From assembly GCA_016292635.1 (NCBI GenBank), contig JAEDIC010000008.1:150-64149 (forward strand): a stretch of DNA of 64,000 bases. The letters run 5' to 3'. Made by a program: the position numbers and the translations under genes. This stretch comes from Clostridia bacterium. Lineage in GTDB: Bacteria > Bacillota > Clostridia > Christensenellales > CAG-138. How positions within the stretch are numbered: position 1 is the first letter of the stretch; each line of letters opens with the position of its first letter. Positions 15,248 to 26,000 of this stretch are shown here, piece by piece. Below the pieces are notes generated by a model, which was not told the DNA's origin, did no database searches, and saw nothing but the letters and a program-made list of their open reading frames with translations.

Positions 15248-15940
15248 ATGAAGAAAAAAAGCTGCCTTGGCAGCATATTTACAAATATTTTCCTTGCGGT
15301 GCTGATAATTGGGCTGTATCATGCTACTCAGCCGGGCAGTGACGTGATACCCGCCTCAGCTCCCGCGTACAGGGGCAGCGGCGAAATGGCGGCGCTGCAG
15401 TTTACCGTCAGCTGGAACGCGGCGGCTCTGTCTGATATAATGGATATACTGAAGGATGCGGATACCGCTGCTACCTTTGCCGTAAGCGGTGAATGGGCGG
15501 AACAGAATCCGGATGCTCTCAGGCGCATGGCAGAAGAAGGCCATGAGATAGCCACCATGGGATATTATCCAAATATGGACGGCGGGCTGAGCTGGGTAAA
15601 AGAAGACCTTGAGCGGGCCATATCATCTATCGAGAGCGTATGCGGCGAAAGGCCAGCCCTTTACTATGTGGGGGACCGAAGCATCGCAGTATCCTCTATA
15701 GTCTCCAAGAAAATGAAACTTACGCAGGTATCCTGCACCATAGATCTGCTCACTGCAAAGGGCAGCGGGGCGGATATAATCTCCCGCCTGCCGGAGAAGC
15801 CCATAGAGGGCAGCATAATGCTTTTGCAGCCCACCGCCGCATGTGCTGAGGCTTTGCCGGGAATACTTGCGGCATTAGAACAGAAAGGATTAAAGGCCGT
15901 CTGCACGGGAGACGTGCTTGGCCTGAGAGATCAGCTTTGA
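15248..15940 (+). CDS. YlxY-like polysaccharide deacetylase family (sporulation-associated) protein (230 aa)
   Basis: ORF 15179..15940 trimmed to the ATG at 15248 (GGGGGT RBS). N-terminal TM anchor. NodB-homology domain with a degenerate FTVSWN in place of the usual TFDDG-type motif. Synteny pnp-ylxY-mlpA as in Bacillus. Confidence 0.8.
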   Translation: MKKKSCLGSIFTNIFLAVLIIGLYHATQPGSDVIPASAPAYRGSGEMAALQFTVSWNAAALSDIMDILKDADTAATFAVSGEWAEQNPDALRRMAEEGHEIATMGYYPNMDGGLSWVKEDLERAISSIESVCGERPALYYVGDRSIAVSSIVSKKMKLTQVSCTIDLLTAKGSGADIISRLPEKPIEGSIMLLQPTAACAEALPGILAALEQKGLKAVCTGDVLGLRDQL

Positions 15941-17199
15941 TAATACGAGAAACACTTCCAAACGGCATAAAGCTTGTTGCGCAGCAGATGAGTTCCTTCC
16001 GCTCGGTATCCATGGGTATATGGGCGGGGGCAGGCTCAGTGTACGAAACAGAAAAAGAGGCGGGAATATCCCACTTTATAGAGCACATGGTATTCAAGGG
16101 CACAGAAAGCCGCACCGCTGCGGATATCGCCTCAGAGATGGACGGCATAGGCGGCAGCCTGAATGCTTTCACCGCCAAGGAATGCACCTGCTTTTATGCG
16201 AAGGTGCTTGGCGAAAACATAGACCTCGCCGCAGATATTTTGAGCGACATGGTATGCTCTCCAAAGCTGGACAATGAAGACATGGGCCGGGAAAAGGGCG
16301 TGGTATGCGAGGAGATACTCATGCTGGAGGATGATCCGGAGGATCTGGCGCATGAGAATCTTTGCCGGGTCATATACGGCGATACGCCCCTTGCAAGCCC
16401 CATACTTGGTACGGAGGAGACCGTGCGCGCATTTACCCGTGAGGATATACTTCGCTATATGGACAAGCGGTATATACCTTCAAATATGGTGTTCTCCTGT
16501 GCGGGCAACTTTAATATTGATGAGCTTCGCAGCGTTCTTTCGGATAAATTCTGCCGCAGGGGCGGGGGAGACAAGCCCCCAATGCCAAAGAGCGCCATTA
16601 TAGAGGGACGCAGCTTCCGTCCGGTTGAGAAAGATATAGAGCAGATGCATATCTGCCTTGGTTTTCCCGGCTTTGGCTCGGATGAAAAGGGCAGATTTCC
16701 CCTGCTGGTGCTGAATAACGCACTGGGCGGCAGCATGAGCTCCCGGCTTTTCCAGAAGATACGAGAGGAACACGGCATGGCATATTCCGTGTACTCCTAT
16801 CCCACAAGCTATGCTGATACCGGGTATTTCACCCTGTATGCAGGTACGGGAGAAAAGCAGGCGGCCGCGGTTACCGAGCTTATGCTGGAGGAAATCGCCA
16901 ATATCAGGAAGAACGGCATAACCGAGGCGGAATTCGCACGCAGCAAGCAGCAGCTCAAGGGCAGCTATATACTGGGCCTGGAAAGCACATCCTCCAGAAA
17001 CAGCGCCATAGGCAAGGGCGAGCTTATGCGGGGCAGGGTGGATACCGATGAGGAACTTATAGGCCGCATTGAGGCCGTAAGTATGGATGACGTTATGGAG
17101 ATAATTCCCATAGTGACGGATACCGGAAGAATGGCCTGCAGCGCCGTTGGCCGGGGCAGAAATATGGATAAAGTAGGCAAAGTATTCGAGCAGGCGTAA
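15937..17199 (+). CDS. M16 family zinc peptidase (MlpA/YmxG-like, 420 aa)
   Basis: Inverted zinc motif HFIEH...E in the N-terminal domain. The TTG start overlaps the upstream TGA by 4 nt. Confidence 0.9.
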   Translation: MIIRETLPNGIKLVAQQMSSFRSVSMGIWAGAGSVYETEKEAGISHFIEHMVFKGTESRTAADIASEMDGIGGSLNAFTAKECTCFYAKVLGENIDLAADILSDMVCSPKLDNEDMGREKGVVCEEILMLEDDPEDLAHENLCRVIYGDTPLASPILGTEETVRAFTREDILRYMDKRYIPSNMVFSCAGNFNIDELRSVLSDKFCRRGGGDKPPMPKSAIIEGRSFRPVEKDIEQMHICLGFPGFGSDEKGRFPLLVLNNALGGSMSSRLFQKIREEHGMAYSVYSYPTSYADTGYFTLYAGTGEKQAAAVTELMLEEIANIRKNGITEAEFARSKQQLKGSYILGLESTSSRNSAIGKGELMRGRVDTDEELIGRIEAVSMDDVMEIIPIVTDTGRMACSAVGRGRNMDKVGKVFEQA

Positions 17200-17214
17200 G
17201 CCGAAGGAGCATAA

Positions 17215-18372
17215 ATGGCAAGAACCAGAAGATTAAGGGTAAGCGGAAGATTTTATGTAATACTGCTGGGCCTGGCGATACTTATCGGAGTCGTGGCGCT
17301 GCTGGTGCCTGCCCGGGGAAGCGGAACGCTGAGAGGGGGCACCATGGAAGCGGTTTTTACTCCCACAGTAGCGGTTATACGGGATGAAAGCTGCATACCG
17401 ATAGAGCAGTTTGACATGGTGGATTACCTTGTAAACGAGGGGACAACGGTAAACGCCGAAATGCCTGTTGCCACAGTATATAAATGGGGCTATACGGATG
17501 AAATGGCCCAGTCTCTCGTGACCATACAGCAAAAGATATATGAAAAGCAGCTGAGCATACTGGACGGTATAGAGTCCACGGAGCTTGCCGCTGTAAATGC
17601 CGAGATAGCCGAGCTTCGCGGCAGAATAAAGGACTGCGTGAACGGCGCAAACGACAGCGATCTGCTTTCCCTCGAAAGGGATATGGAAGCACTGCTTTCC
17701 CAGCGGGCAACAATACTTAAAAACTTCGTTCAGCCGGATGTGGATCTGAATTCACTCTATACCGAGGAAGCCACAAAGCTTGCCCAGCTTTCGGAATATA
17801 CCAGCACCGTAAGCGCTAAGATGACAGGGATGGTCAGCTTTTATTTCGATGGATATGAGCAGATACTCTCCGCCGAAAAGCTGGATATGGTAAATGCGGA
17901 CGTACTGGAAATGGTGATAGACGGGAATACCGGAAGCAGCACCGCGTCCAGCGGAGATATGTTGTATCGGCTTGTTAATCCCAATAAGTGGTATGTTGCG
18001 TTTCTTACTTCTGCTTCTGACGGTCTGCGTCTGCAGGCGGGGCAGAGCTACCACGTTACCTTTGACGGCATACACGGCAAAACCAGCGTGGGTACGGCGC
18101 TTGCGCCCGTTGTGTATGACGGGGGAGTGGTGAACATTCTGCAGTTTGATGAAGAAATAGGCGATCTGCTCAGCGTGAGGACGGTTGATGCACATATATC
18201 CGCCACCATGACCGGCTTTGAGGCACCCATTGAGGCAGTAAAGGTAAAGGACGGAGTATGCACTATTTCCACCGACGGCGGGGATACCGCGGTAAACGTG
18301 GTTGCCGCAGGGGAGAATACTCTGCTCATCACGGGCGATGCCCTGTACGACGGACTGAGGTATAAAAAGTAG
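17215..18372 (+). CDS. Membrane-anchored HlyD-like (barrel-sandwich/coiled-coil) protein (385 aa)
   Basis: N-terminal TM, then a central coiled-coil-like segment (LAAVNAEIAELRGRIKD...), then a beta-rich C-terminus. AAGGAG RBS. The family assignment is tentative. Confidence 0.6.
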   Translation: MARTRRLRVSGRFYVILLGLAILIGVVALLVPARGSGTLRGGTMEAVFTPTVAVIRDESCIPIEQFDMVDYLVNEGTTVNAEMPVATVYKWGYTDEMAQSLVTIQQKIYEKQLSILDGIESTELAAVNAEIAELRGRIKDCVNGANDSDLLSLERDMEALLSQRATILKNFVQPDVDLNSLYTEEATKLAQLSEYTSTVSAKMTGMVSFYFDGYEQILSAEKLDMVNADVLEMVIDGNTGSSTASSGDMLYRLVNPNKWYVAFLTSASDGLRLQAGQSYHVTFDGIHGKTSVGTALAPVVYDGGVVNILQFDEEIGDLLSVRTVDAHISATMTGFEAPIEAVKVKDGVCTISTDGGDTAVNVVAAGENTLLITGDALYDGLRYKK

Positions 18373-18392
18373 CATTAATTGGGGGGACAGCC

Positions 18393-19097
18393 ATGAGCAT
18401 AGTGGAAAACTACAGCCGTGTAATGGAAAATATAGCGCAATCCTGCGCAAAGGCCGGGAGAAGGCCGGATGAGGTAAAACTCATTGCCGTTACCAAGTAT
18501 GTGGATACTGAGCGCATTGCCGAGGCCGTGGCCGCCGGGGCGAGAAGCGTTGGGGAAAACCGGGTGCAGGAGTTTCGGGACAAGCAGGAGTTTTTCAAAA
18601 ACCATGGGCTGGATGTTCATTTAATTGGACAATTACAGACAAATAAGGTAAAATATATTATTGGAAGTGACGCTCTTATCCAGTCTCTGGACAGGATAGA
18701 GCTTGCAAAGGAGATAAGCCGTATAGCTTCAGCAAGGGATGTTATACAAAACGCCCTTGTTGAGGTAAATATCGGCGGCGAGGCCCAAAAGGGCGGCATT
18801 GCCCCGGAAGGGCTGATGCCATTTCTTGAGATAGTTTCCGCTTTGCCCAATATACGCATTAAGGGGCTTATGTGCGTTCCTCCGGCTGTGGGACAGGAGG
18901 GCGCAAGGGTCTATTTTGCGGCTATGCGGCGGCTTTTTGAGGATATCCGCAGTATGGATATACCAAACGTGGATATGCTGGAGCTGTCCATGGGCATGAG
19001 CGGGGATTATAGATCCGCCATACTGGAAGGCGCTACTATGGTTCGAGTGGGAACGGCTATATTCGGCGCACGTCCGGTGGCGGTGGCAGGGGCGTAG
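18393..19097 (+). CDS. yggS: YggS/YlmE family pyridoxal-phosphate homeostasis protein (234 aa)
   Basis: Contains LIAVTKY (PLP lysine), GENRVQE and HLIGQLQTNKVKY, which are classic YggS motifs. Confidence 0.9.
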   Translation: MSIVENYSRVMENIAQSCAKAGRRPDEVKLIAVTKYVDTERIAEAVAAGARSVGENRVQEFRDKQEFFKNHGLDVHLIGQLQTNKVKYIIGSDALIQSLDRIELAKEISRIASARDVIQNALVEVNIGGEAQKGGIAPEGLMPFLEIVSALPNIRIKGLMCVPPAVGQEGARVYFAAMRRLFEDIRSMDIPNVDMLELSMGMSGDYRSAILEGATMVRVGTAIFGARPVAVAGA

Positions 19098-19186
19098 ACA
19101 GATATAGACCCCGCCTTAAAATGATTGTTTTTCTCCAAGCGCCAATTAAAAAACAGAATTTTTAATTGAAACGGAGGAAACACAGA

Positions 19187-19645
19187 ATGGCAGGATTGCT
19201 CAACAAGCTTATGGATTTCATCGGCATTGAGGATGCTGAAATGGACGACGTTTACGAAGAGGACTACTTTGCGGACGATCGTACCGTAGCCGAGGACAAC
19301 GTACTGAACCTGGGCAACAGGGGCAGGAAAAAGTCCGCTGCCGCAGGCAGCAGCAATGTGGTCAGCCTTCCCACGGCCGCCCCTATGAAGATGATGGTCT
19401 ATCGTCCCGTCAGCTATGAGGACACCCAGAACATCATCGACAACCTGAAGAGCCGCAAGCCCGTGATCGTAAACATGGAGGAACTTGAGATCGACTGCGC
19501 TCAGCGCATACTGGATTTCATGGCCGGCGCGATCTACGCTCTGGACGGCACTATTTACAAAATCTCCCGCGGTATCTTTGTCGTAGCTCCCACCAACTAT
19601 GACGTGATCGGCAACGACGGCTACACCGATGTTGACGTGATCTGA
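19187..19645 (+). CDS. sepF: Cell division protein SepF (152 aa)
   Basis: ORF 19166..19645 trimmed to the ATG at 19187 (GGAGGAAA RBS). N-terminal amphipathic MAGLLNKLMDFIG. C-terminal SepF core: PVIVNMEELEIDCAQRILDFMAGAIYALDGTIYKIS. Confidence 0.9.
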   Translation: MAGLLNKLMDFIGIEDAEMDDVYEEDYFADDRTVAEDNVLNLGNRGRKKSAAAGSSNVVSLPTAAPMKMMVYRPVSYEDTQNIIDNLKSRKPVIVNMEELEIDCAQRILDFMAGAIYALDGTIYKISRGIFVVAPTNYDVIGNDGYTDVDVI

Positions 19646-19666
19646 TATCTATCCGCAAAGGAGCAA

Positions 19667-19694
19667 TATGCGGGGCGTCCTTTCGCCCCGCATA
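19667..19694 (+). terminator. Hairpin between sepF and divIVA (weak terminator/processing site)
   Basis: TATGCGGGGCG-tccttt-CGCCCCGCATA, an 11-bp stem with no real T-run (AAATTTC). Confidence 0.3.
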
Positions 19695-19723
19695 AATTTC
19701 ATACTGACGGAGCGTAAGTTACC

Positions 19724-19930
19724 ATGAAGATAAGCGATATAGCAAACCGAAAATTCAGCCGGGCTTTTCAGGGCTATAATATCAGCGAGGTGGATGCCTT
19801 CCTTGATGATATTGCCCGGGAGATGGAGCGCCGAGAGCAGGATATGAAGCTGCTGGAACTGCGCAATGAGATGCTGATAGAGCGCCTTGCCGCAATCGGC
19901 GTTTCACTTGGTATGGAAAAAAGCGAATAA
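19724..19930 (+). CDS. Short DivIVA-domain protein (68 aa, N-terminal lipid-binding domain plus a short coiled coil)
   Basis: MKISDIANRKFSRAFQGYNISEVDAFLDDIAREME matches the DivIVA/GpsB N-terminal domain pattern. Located after sepF, as in ylm clusters. Confidence 0.8.
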   Translation: MKISDIANRKFSRAFQGYNISEVDAFLDDIAREMERREQDMKLLELRNEMLIERLAAIGVSLGMEKSE

Positions 19931-19948
19931 GCTGTGACAATAAACCAA

Positions 19949-19976
19949 AGACCGGGCAACCTCCCCGGTTTTTTTG
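19949..19976 (+). terminator. Intrinsic terminator
   Basis: GACCGGG-caacctc-CCCGGT followed by TTTTTTT. Confidence 0.8.
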
Positions 19977-20039
19977 TATGCTATTTTTTCCTGCTGCGAT
20001 CCATACTAACGGCATATGCAAAAAAACAGGGAGGCATTT

Positions 20040-23000
20040 ATGCTGCCAAACAGGACGTATAACGGATTGACTGACAGGGCCTGCAGAACGGATGAACTTA
20101 AGGAAGAAGCAAGGCTTAGGGCGGAGCTTTCGGTGAAGGGGAGAAGGCGCTGTTCGCTGCAGCTGGGAGCGGACAGACGTTTGCTCATCGCCGCATACAA
20201 AAAGGCAAGGGAAACACAGGCATCCGGGGCGCTGGAGGCTCTTCAGCGGGATTTTCACATAGTTGAACAGGCGCTGCTCGGTCTTGATGAGGAGGAGCAG
20301 AGGCGGCTTCCCGTGCTCATCCATGGCAGCCATGCGGGCCTACCAAGGGTGTATGACATAGCCGCGTGCATCGTGGGAGGTCGTGACGGCAGGGTGGACG
20401 AGGGGGCGATCAGCCGCTTCCTTGATGCGTATCAAAGCGTTGCTCCTCTTACAATGGCGGAGACAGGCGCTCTCAGGGATATGCTGAATGCGGCGCTGAT
20501 AAAGCTGCTCAGCGTGGAATGCGGCAGGGCGATGGACAGTCTGAAGGCGGAGGAGGCCGCCGGTGCGGCGGTGGATCAGCTTATGAAGCAGCGTACCAAA
20601 GACAGGCGGCGGTCCATACTGGAAAAGTTGGATTTGGGGGAAAATCCCGCTCTTGTGGAGCGGCTGTATACCTTGCTGTCCGAGCGGGATATGGGCGATG
20701 CGATTGATGGGCTTACGGAAAGGCTGTATCTGGAGGATCAGGATATTGAGGAGCTTTGCGCTCGGGCAAGGAGCGAAAGGGCTCGGGGAACCCAAAGGAC
20801 GGAAAACGCAATACACAGCCTTAGGATAATAAACTCCATGGACTGGGAAACCGCATTTGAGCAATACAGCTATACCCATCGGGAACTGAGCAAAGACGAT
20901 ACCTATATGCGGATGGACGCCCGCAGCCGGGGGTATTACAGAGCCTGTGTGGAGCGGCTTTCCGCACGGCTTGGCGGGGCGGAAACTGTGATAGCCCGTC
21001 AGGCGGTGCAGCTTGCCTCGGCCAAAGAGGGCAATGAGGGGGAAGCGGGCTGGTATCTTTTCCTGGATGGCAGGGAGCAGCTGTATGCCGCCCTTCGCCC
21101 GGATAAACGATTCAAAAGACCGGCGGAGGGCAAGACCCTACGGGCATTTGTGACAATAGAGGTTATATTTGCGCTGCTGCTCATATGGCTGGCCGCAACG
21201 GACGGCATAGCGCCGCTGGTGCTGGCCCTGCTGCCCGCATGGAGCATAGCGGGGCTTTTTACCGTGCGGCTTTTTATGAGCAGGGCCCCTGTGCGCTATA
21301 TACCGAGGCTTAAGGAAACTGAGCTGAGTTCTGAACGCACCCTTGTGGTGATACCTGCGCTGATAACCGATGAAAAGGCTCTGCGCACAGTAATGTCTCA
21401 GATAGAGAGGCATATGCTTTCCACCAGGCTGGACAGCTGCTTTTATGCTGTCCTTGGGGATTTTCCGGACGCGGAGGAGCCGAGGCTAAAGGGTGAGAAG
21501 GAGCTATTGAAGCTGGCAGAGAGCCTTACCGCCCGTTTAAACGCAAAATATCCATTCCAAATTCCCCGCTTTTACTATCTGCACAGGCATCGCGAGCTTA
21601 ACAGGGCGGACGGCATATACATGGGCAGGGAGCGCAAACGGGGAGCGGTATGCGATTTAGTTACGCTTATTTCAGAGGGCAATCGGACGCCCTTCTGCAC
21701 CATTACCCATGCCCTGCCGGAGAGTATACGGTATTGCCTTACTCTGGACGGGGATACCGTTTTGCCGCCCGGAGCGGGTGCGGCGCTTATAGGCTGCATG
21801 GAGCATCCCCTGAATAAACCCGAGGTGATAAACGGGACGGTAAGGAAGGGATACGGTCTCATCTCTCCACATATGGCATCTTCGCCGAGGGGGGCCGCAA
21901 AAAGCCCCTTTGCCAGGCTTGTTTCCGGCGAGCCGGGCATAGATGGTTACTTTCCCACGGCTGTGGAGTTTTATCAGGATGTGTTCGGTTCGGGCCTTTT
22001 CGGGGGGAAGGGTATATTTGACGTGGCGGCATTCAGGGATACCGTTATGGAGTGGATACCCGACAACACCGTGCTGAGCCACGATATGCTAGAAGGATGC
22101 TTTCTCCATTGCGGTTATGCGGGAGACATCACCCTCTTTGACAGCGAGCCATCCACGTTTATAGCATGGTGGAAGCGGCAGCATAGGTGGATGCGGGGAG
22201 ACTGGCAGCTGCTGCCTTTTTTGCGTGACAGCGTAAGGGATGCCAAGGGGGTAAGGCGGGAAAACCCCCTTACCATGCTTGCACGAAGGAAAATACTGGA
22301 TAACCTGCGCCGCTCAATGCTGCCATGGGGACTTATGTATACTGCTCTGCTGATACCATATACGGGCTTCGGGTGGCATTTTCTCCTTGCGCTGCTGGCA
22401 TTGTGGGATGGATTTGGTTTTGACCTGCTGACGCTGCCTTATCGTATGCTGACCGCAAGAAACGCCGACCCGGCCGGTATGATAAGGGATCTTCAGCGTC
22501 CCGCCAAGAGGGCGCTGCTGGATATAGTTACGCTGCCTTATGCCGCAAATCGATGCAGCAGTGCGAGAAACCGCAGCCTGTACAGGATATTTGTATCCCA
22601 TACCAAAATGCTGGAATGGCAGACTGCCGCTCAAGTATCCGGCAGGCCGGAGGGCATAAACGGCTACTACGGCGCACTGTACTTCAACCCGGCTGTGGGC
22701 ATAATCATGGCGGCGGGAGCAATACTGGGCAAGACGCCGCTGTTTGCCTCCACATTGGCGGTGCTGTGGATAGGTATGCCGCTGCTCATATGGGCGCTGG
22801 ACGCTCCGTATCCCAAGTACACAGCATCTGAGGATGAGCGGGAGACTCTGCTGACTATAGCCCGGGGCACTTGGGAGTTTTTTCAAAGCTTCTGCAAGGA
22901 AAGCAGCAATTATCTGCCGCCTGATAACTTTCAGCAGCATCCCCATCGCCGCCCCGCGCTGAACACATCCCCAACCAACATAGGCATGGCTGTCATGGCG

Positions 23001-26000
23001 GCGCTGTCCGCAATGGAGCTTGGCATTATTGACAGGGCGGAAGCCGCAATGCGCATAGAACGGACCGCGGAGACCATTGAGCGCATGGAAAAATGGCACG
23101 GACATCTTTATAACTGGTATCGTACGGATACCCTTGCCGTGCTGCCTCCAAGGTATGTTTCCACGGTGGACAGCGGCAACCTTGCAGCTTCATTGCTTAC
23201 AGCGGGTCAGGCCATGGAGGAGGCGGGAGAAACCTTGCTTTCCAAGCGGCTTTTTGCCCTTGCCCGAGGCATGGATTTTACTCAGCTGTATGACGGGGGG
23301 CGAAAGCTTTTCCACATCGGTTACGATGGGGACAGATGCGAACTGTCCTCATCGTGGTATGACCTGCTGGCCTCGGAAGCCCGGCTTACCAGCCTTGTGG
23401 CCATCGCCATGGGACAGGTGGATCATACGCACTGGTTCAGCCTTGGCAGACTTATGGCGCCGGTATGCGGCAGAAGTCTCGTATCATGGAGCGGCACAAT
23501 GTTTGAATACCTTATGCCGCTTATATTCACGGGGGCGGTACCGGGCACGCTGATACATGAAAGCTGCGACAGTGCCATACGGGCTCAGAAAAAATACTCA
23601 GGCGGGCAACTGTGGGGCATATCAGAATCCGGTTATTATGCCTTTGACAGAAATATGTATTATCAATACCGTGCCTTTGGCATACAGCGGCTCAGCCTTA
23701 TGGGTCTGCGGGAAGAGCGGGTCATATCACCTTATTCCACCCTGCTCGCGCTGCCCCTTGCCCCACGGGCGGCAATGGAAAACCTTGGTCAGCTCACCTC
23801 TCTTGGTATGCTGGGCCTGTATGGAATGTATGAGGCGGTGGACTATACCGAAAGCCGTGTACCCGAAGGCAGAAAATATGCCATGGTAAAAAGCTATATG
23901 GCACACCATCAGGGAATGGGTATATGTTCTATTGCAAACGCTTTGCTGGACGGCGTGCTTAGCGAATACTTCTGGCGGGTGCCGGAGCTTGGGGCGGTGC
24001 GGATACTCAGCGAGGAGCGTATACCATCATACGGCATTGCTGTAAAAAACCTGCATTCTTCCGAGGGGAGGGTCAGAAAAGCCAAAACACACAGAGAATA
24101 CAAACCGCGCCGCAGCATGGGGACGCTGGAAGTGCCGGAAGGCCAGCTCCTTTCAAACGGCAGCTATACCCTGTTTATCACGGATAACGGACTGGGATTT
24201 TCAAAGAAGGGGAATGTGATGCTTACCCGCTGGAGGCCGGATCACCTAAGGGGAGACGGGGGCATACATATACTCATTCGCTGCGACGGCGAAACATTTG
24301 ACGCTGCAAAGGACGCGGAGGCCGCGTTTTTGCCCTCCAAGGCGGAGTTTTTTCGCAGGGCGGGGGATATTGCCGCCAAGCTTGAGATTTGCGTATCCGC
24401 AAGGCAGGATGGTGAGATGCGCAGGCTCACCATTACAAATCACGGCGATGATGCAAAAACAGTATCGGTGGGCAGTTTTTTTGAGCCGTGTCTTTGTTCG
24501 TGGGCGGAGGATGCGGCCCACCCCGGCTTTAACAGGCTTACCATAGACGCAAGGCTGTGCCGGGATATGCTGATATTTGAAAAGCGCCCTAAATGGGGCG
24601 AGCAGGGAGAATATCTATACACAAAGCTCATATCCCCGGCGGATGTAGCTTACCTTTCGGACAGGCTAAAGGCACAGGGCAGGGCAAAAACTCTGGAGCA
24701 GGCCATGGCTCAGCCTGTGCGGGAGGAGGAGGTTTCATCTCCCGTGCTGCCATATGCCGCTGCCCGTACGGAGTTCGTCCTTGAGCCGGGGGAAGGGCAG
24801 GAGCTTTGGCTGCTTATGGGGCACGCAGAAAGCGCCGACAGGGCGGCTGAGGACTGCGAGGAGATGGAAAACGACCTTGGGGAGTGCTTTGCCCTTGCCG
24901 ATGCCCAGACAGACGGTATGCTTGCCATGACGGGAACGGAGCGGGGCAAGGCGGAGCTGTTTGAGCGGATAGCCGCCCGGCTGTTGCTCGCATTGCCCCA
25001 AAAGGACGGAGGCGGACAGGGCGGCGGCCTTGGGACGCTGTGGAAGCACGGCATATCCGGCGACAGGCCGGTGGTGCTGATAAAGGTCAGCCGGGTAACC
25101 GGGCTTAGGCTGCTTAAGTCCCTGGGCGAGTTCGCAGGCTATATGGAGCAGCGGCTGTGTCCCGTGGATGTGGCGGCTGTGGGCGATTACCCTGCGGAAT
25201 ACCGAAATGAGCTTAGGGAGAGGATGGAGGCCATGGAGGGCATACGCCTTATCCACGGCTACGATTTGGCGGAGGGTGAATATGAGGCCCTGCGTTCTGC
25301 AGCCCATCTTGAGGTAGATCCTGCCGTAAGCCTTAACAGGCAGTTTGCGCCAAAGCCCGTCAAAGACGGGGAATACCGCAATTACAGCGAAGAAAACCAC
25401 CCGCCTCTCAATATAGAGAAGCCGGAGCTTGAAATGGATAACGGCTGGGGCGGTTTTGGCAGTGGCGGTGAGTATGTGATAACCCTTGAACCGGGAAGAA
25501 GCACCCCCATGCCATGGAGCAACGTGATAGCCAACGACTGTTTTGGCGCCATAATTACCGAGAGGGGCGGCGGATATACATGGCATGAGAACAGCCGGGA
25601 AAACAAGCTGACCCCATGGTATGATTCCCCTGTGGATGACCCTCAGGGGGAATTCATACTGCTGACGGATACGGAAAGCGGGGAGACATTCTCGCCCTTT
25701 GCAGGGGCGCTGCAAAGGGGAAGGGTAATTGTGGAGCACGGCTACGGATACAGCCGCTTTACCACGGGGGACTGCGCTTTAAACACTCGGCTTACTGTGT
25801 TCGTCCACCGGGATAAGCCCGTAAAGTACAGCCATATCACAATAAAGAACCCGGGCGAGGGCAGGCGCACCCTCAGCATAATGTACGGGGTGGAATGGTG
25901 CCTTGGGGATATATCCCGTCCGGAGGCGGTATATACCCACGTGGAAAGCGGCTGCATATTTGCCCGAAACTGCCGCAGGGAGCGGCAGGAGCATGAGGCC

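Noticed and set aside
19667-19694. Nine-codon mini-ORF (MRGVLSPRI) with an AGGAG 4 nt upstream, inside the sepF-divIVA hairpin.
   Set aside because: The ATG and the whole frame lie within an 11-bp GC stem and the SD spacing is too short. This is most simply explained as a structural hairpin.
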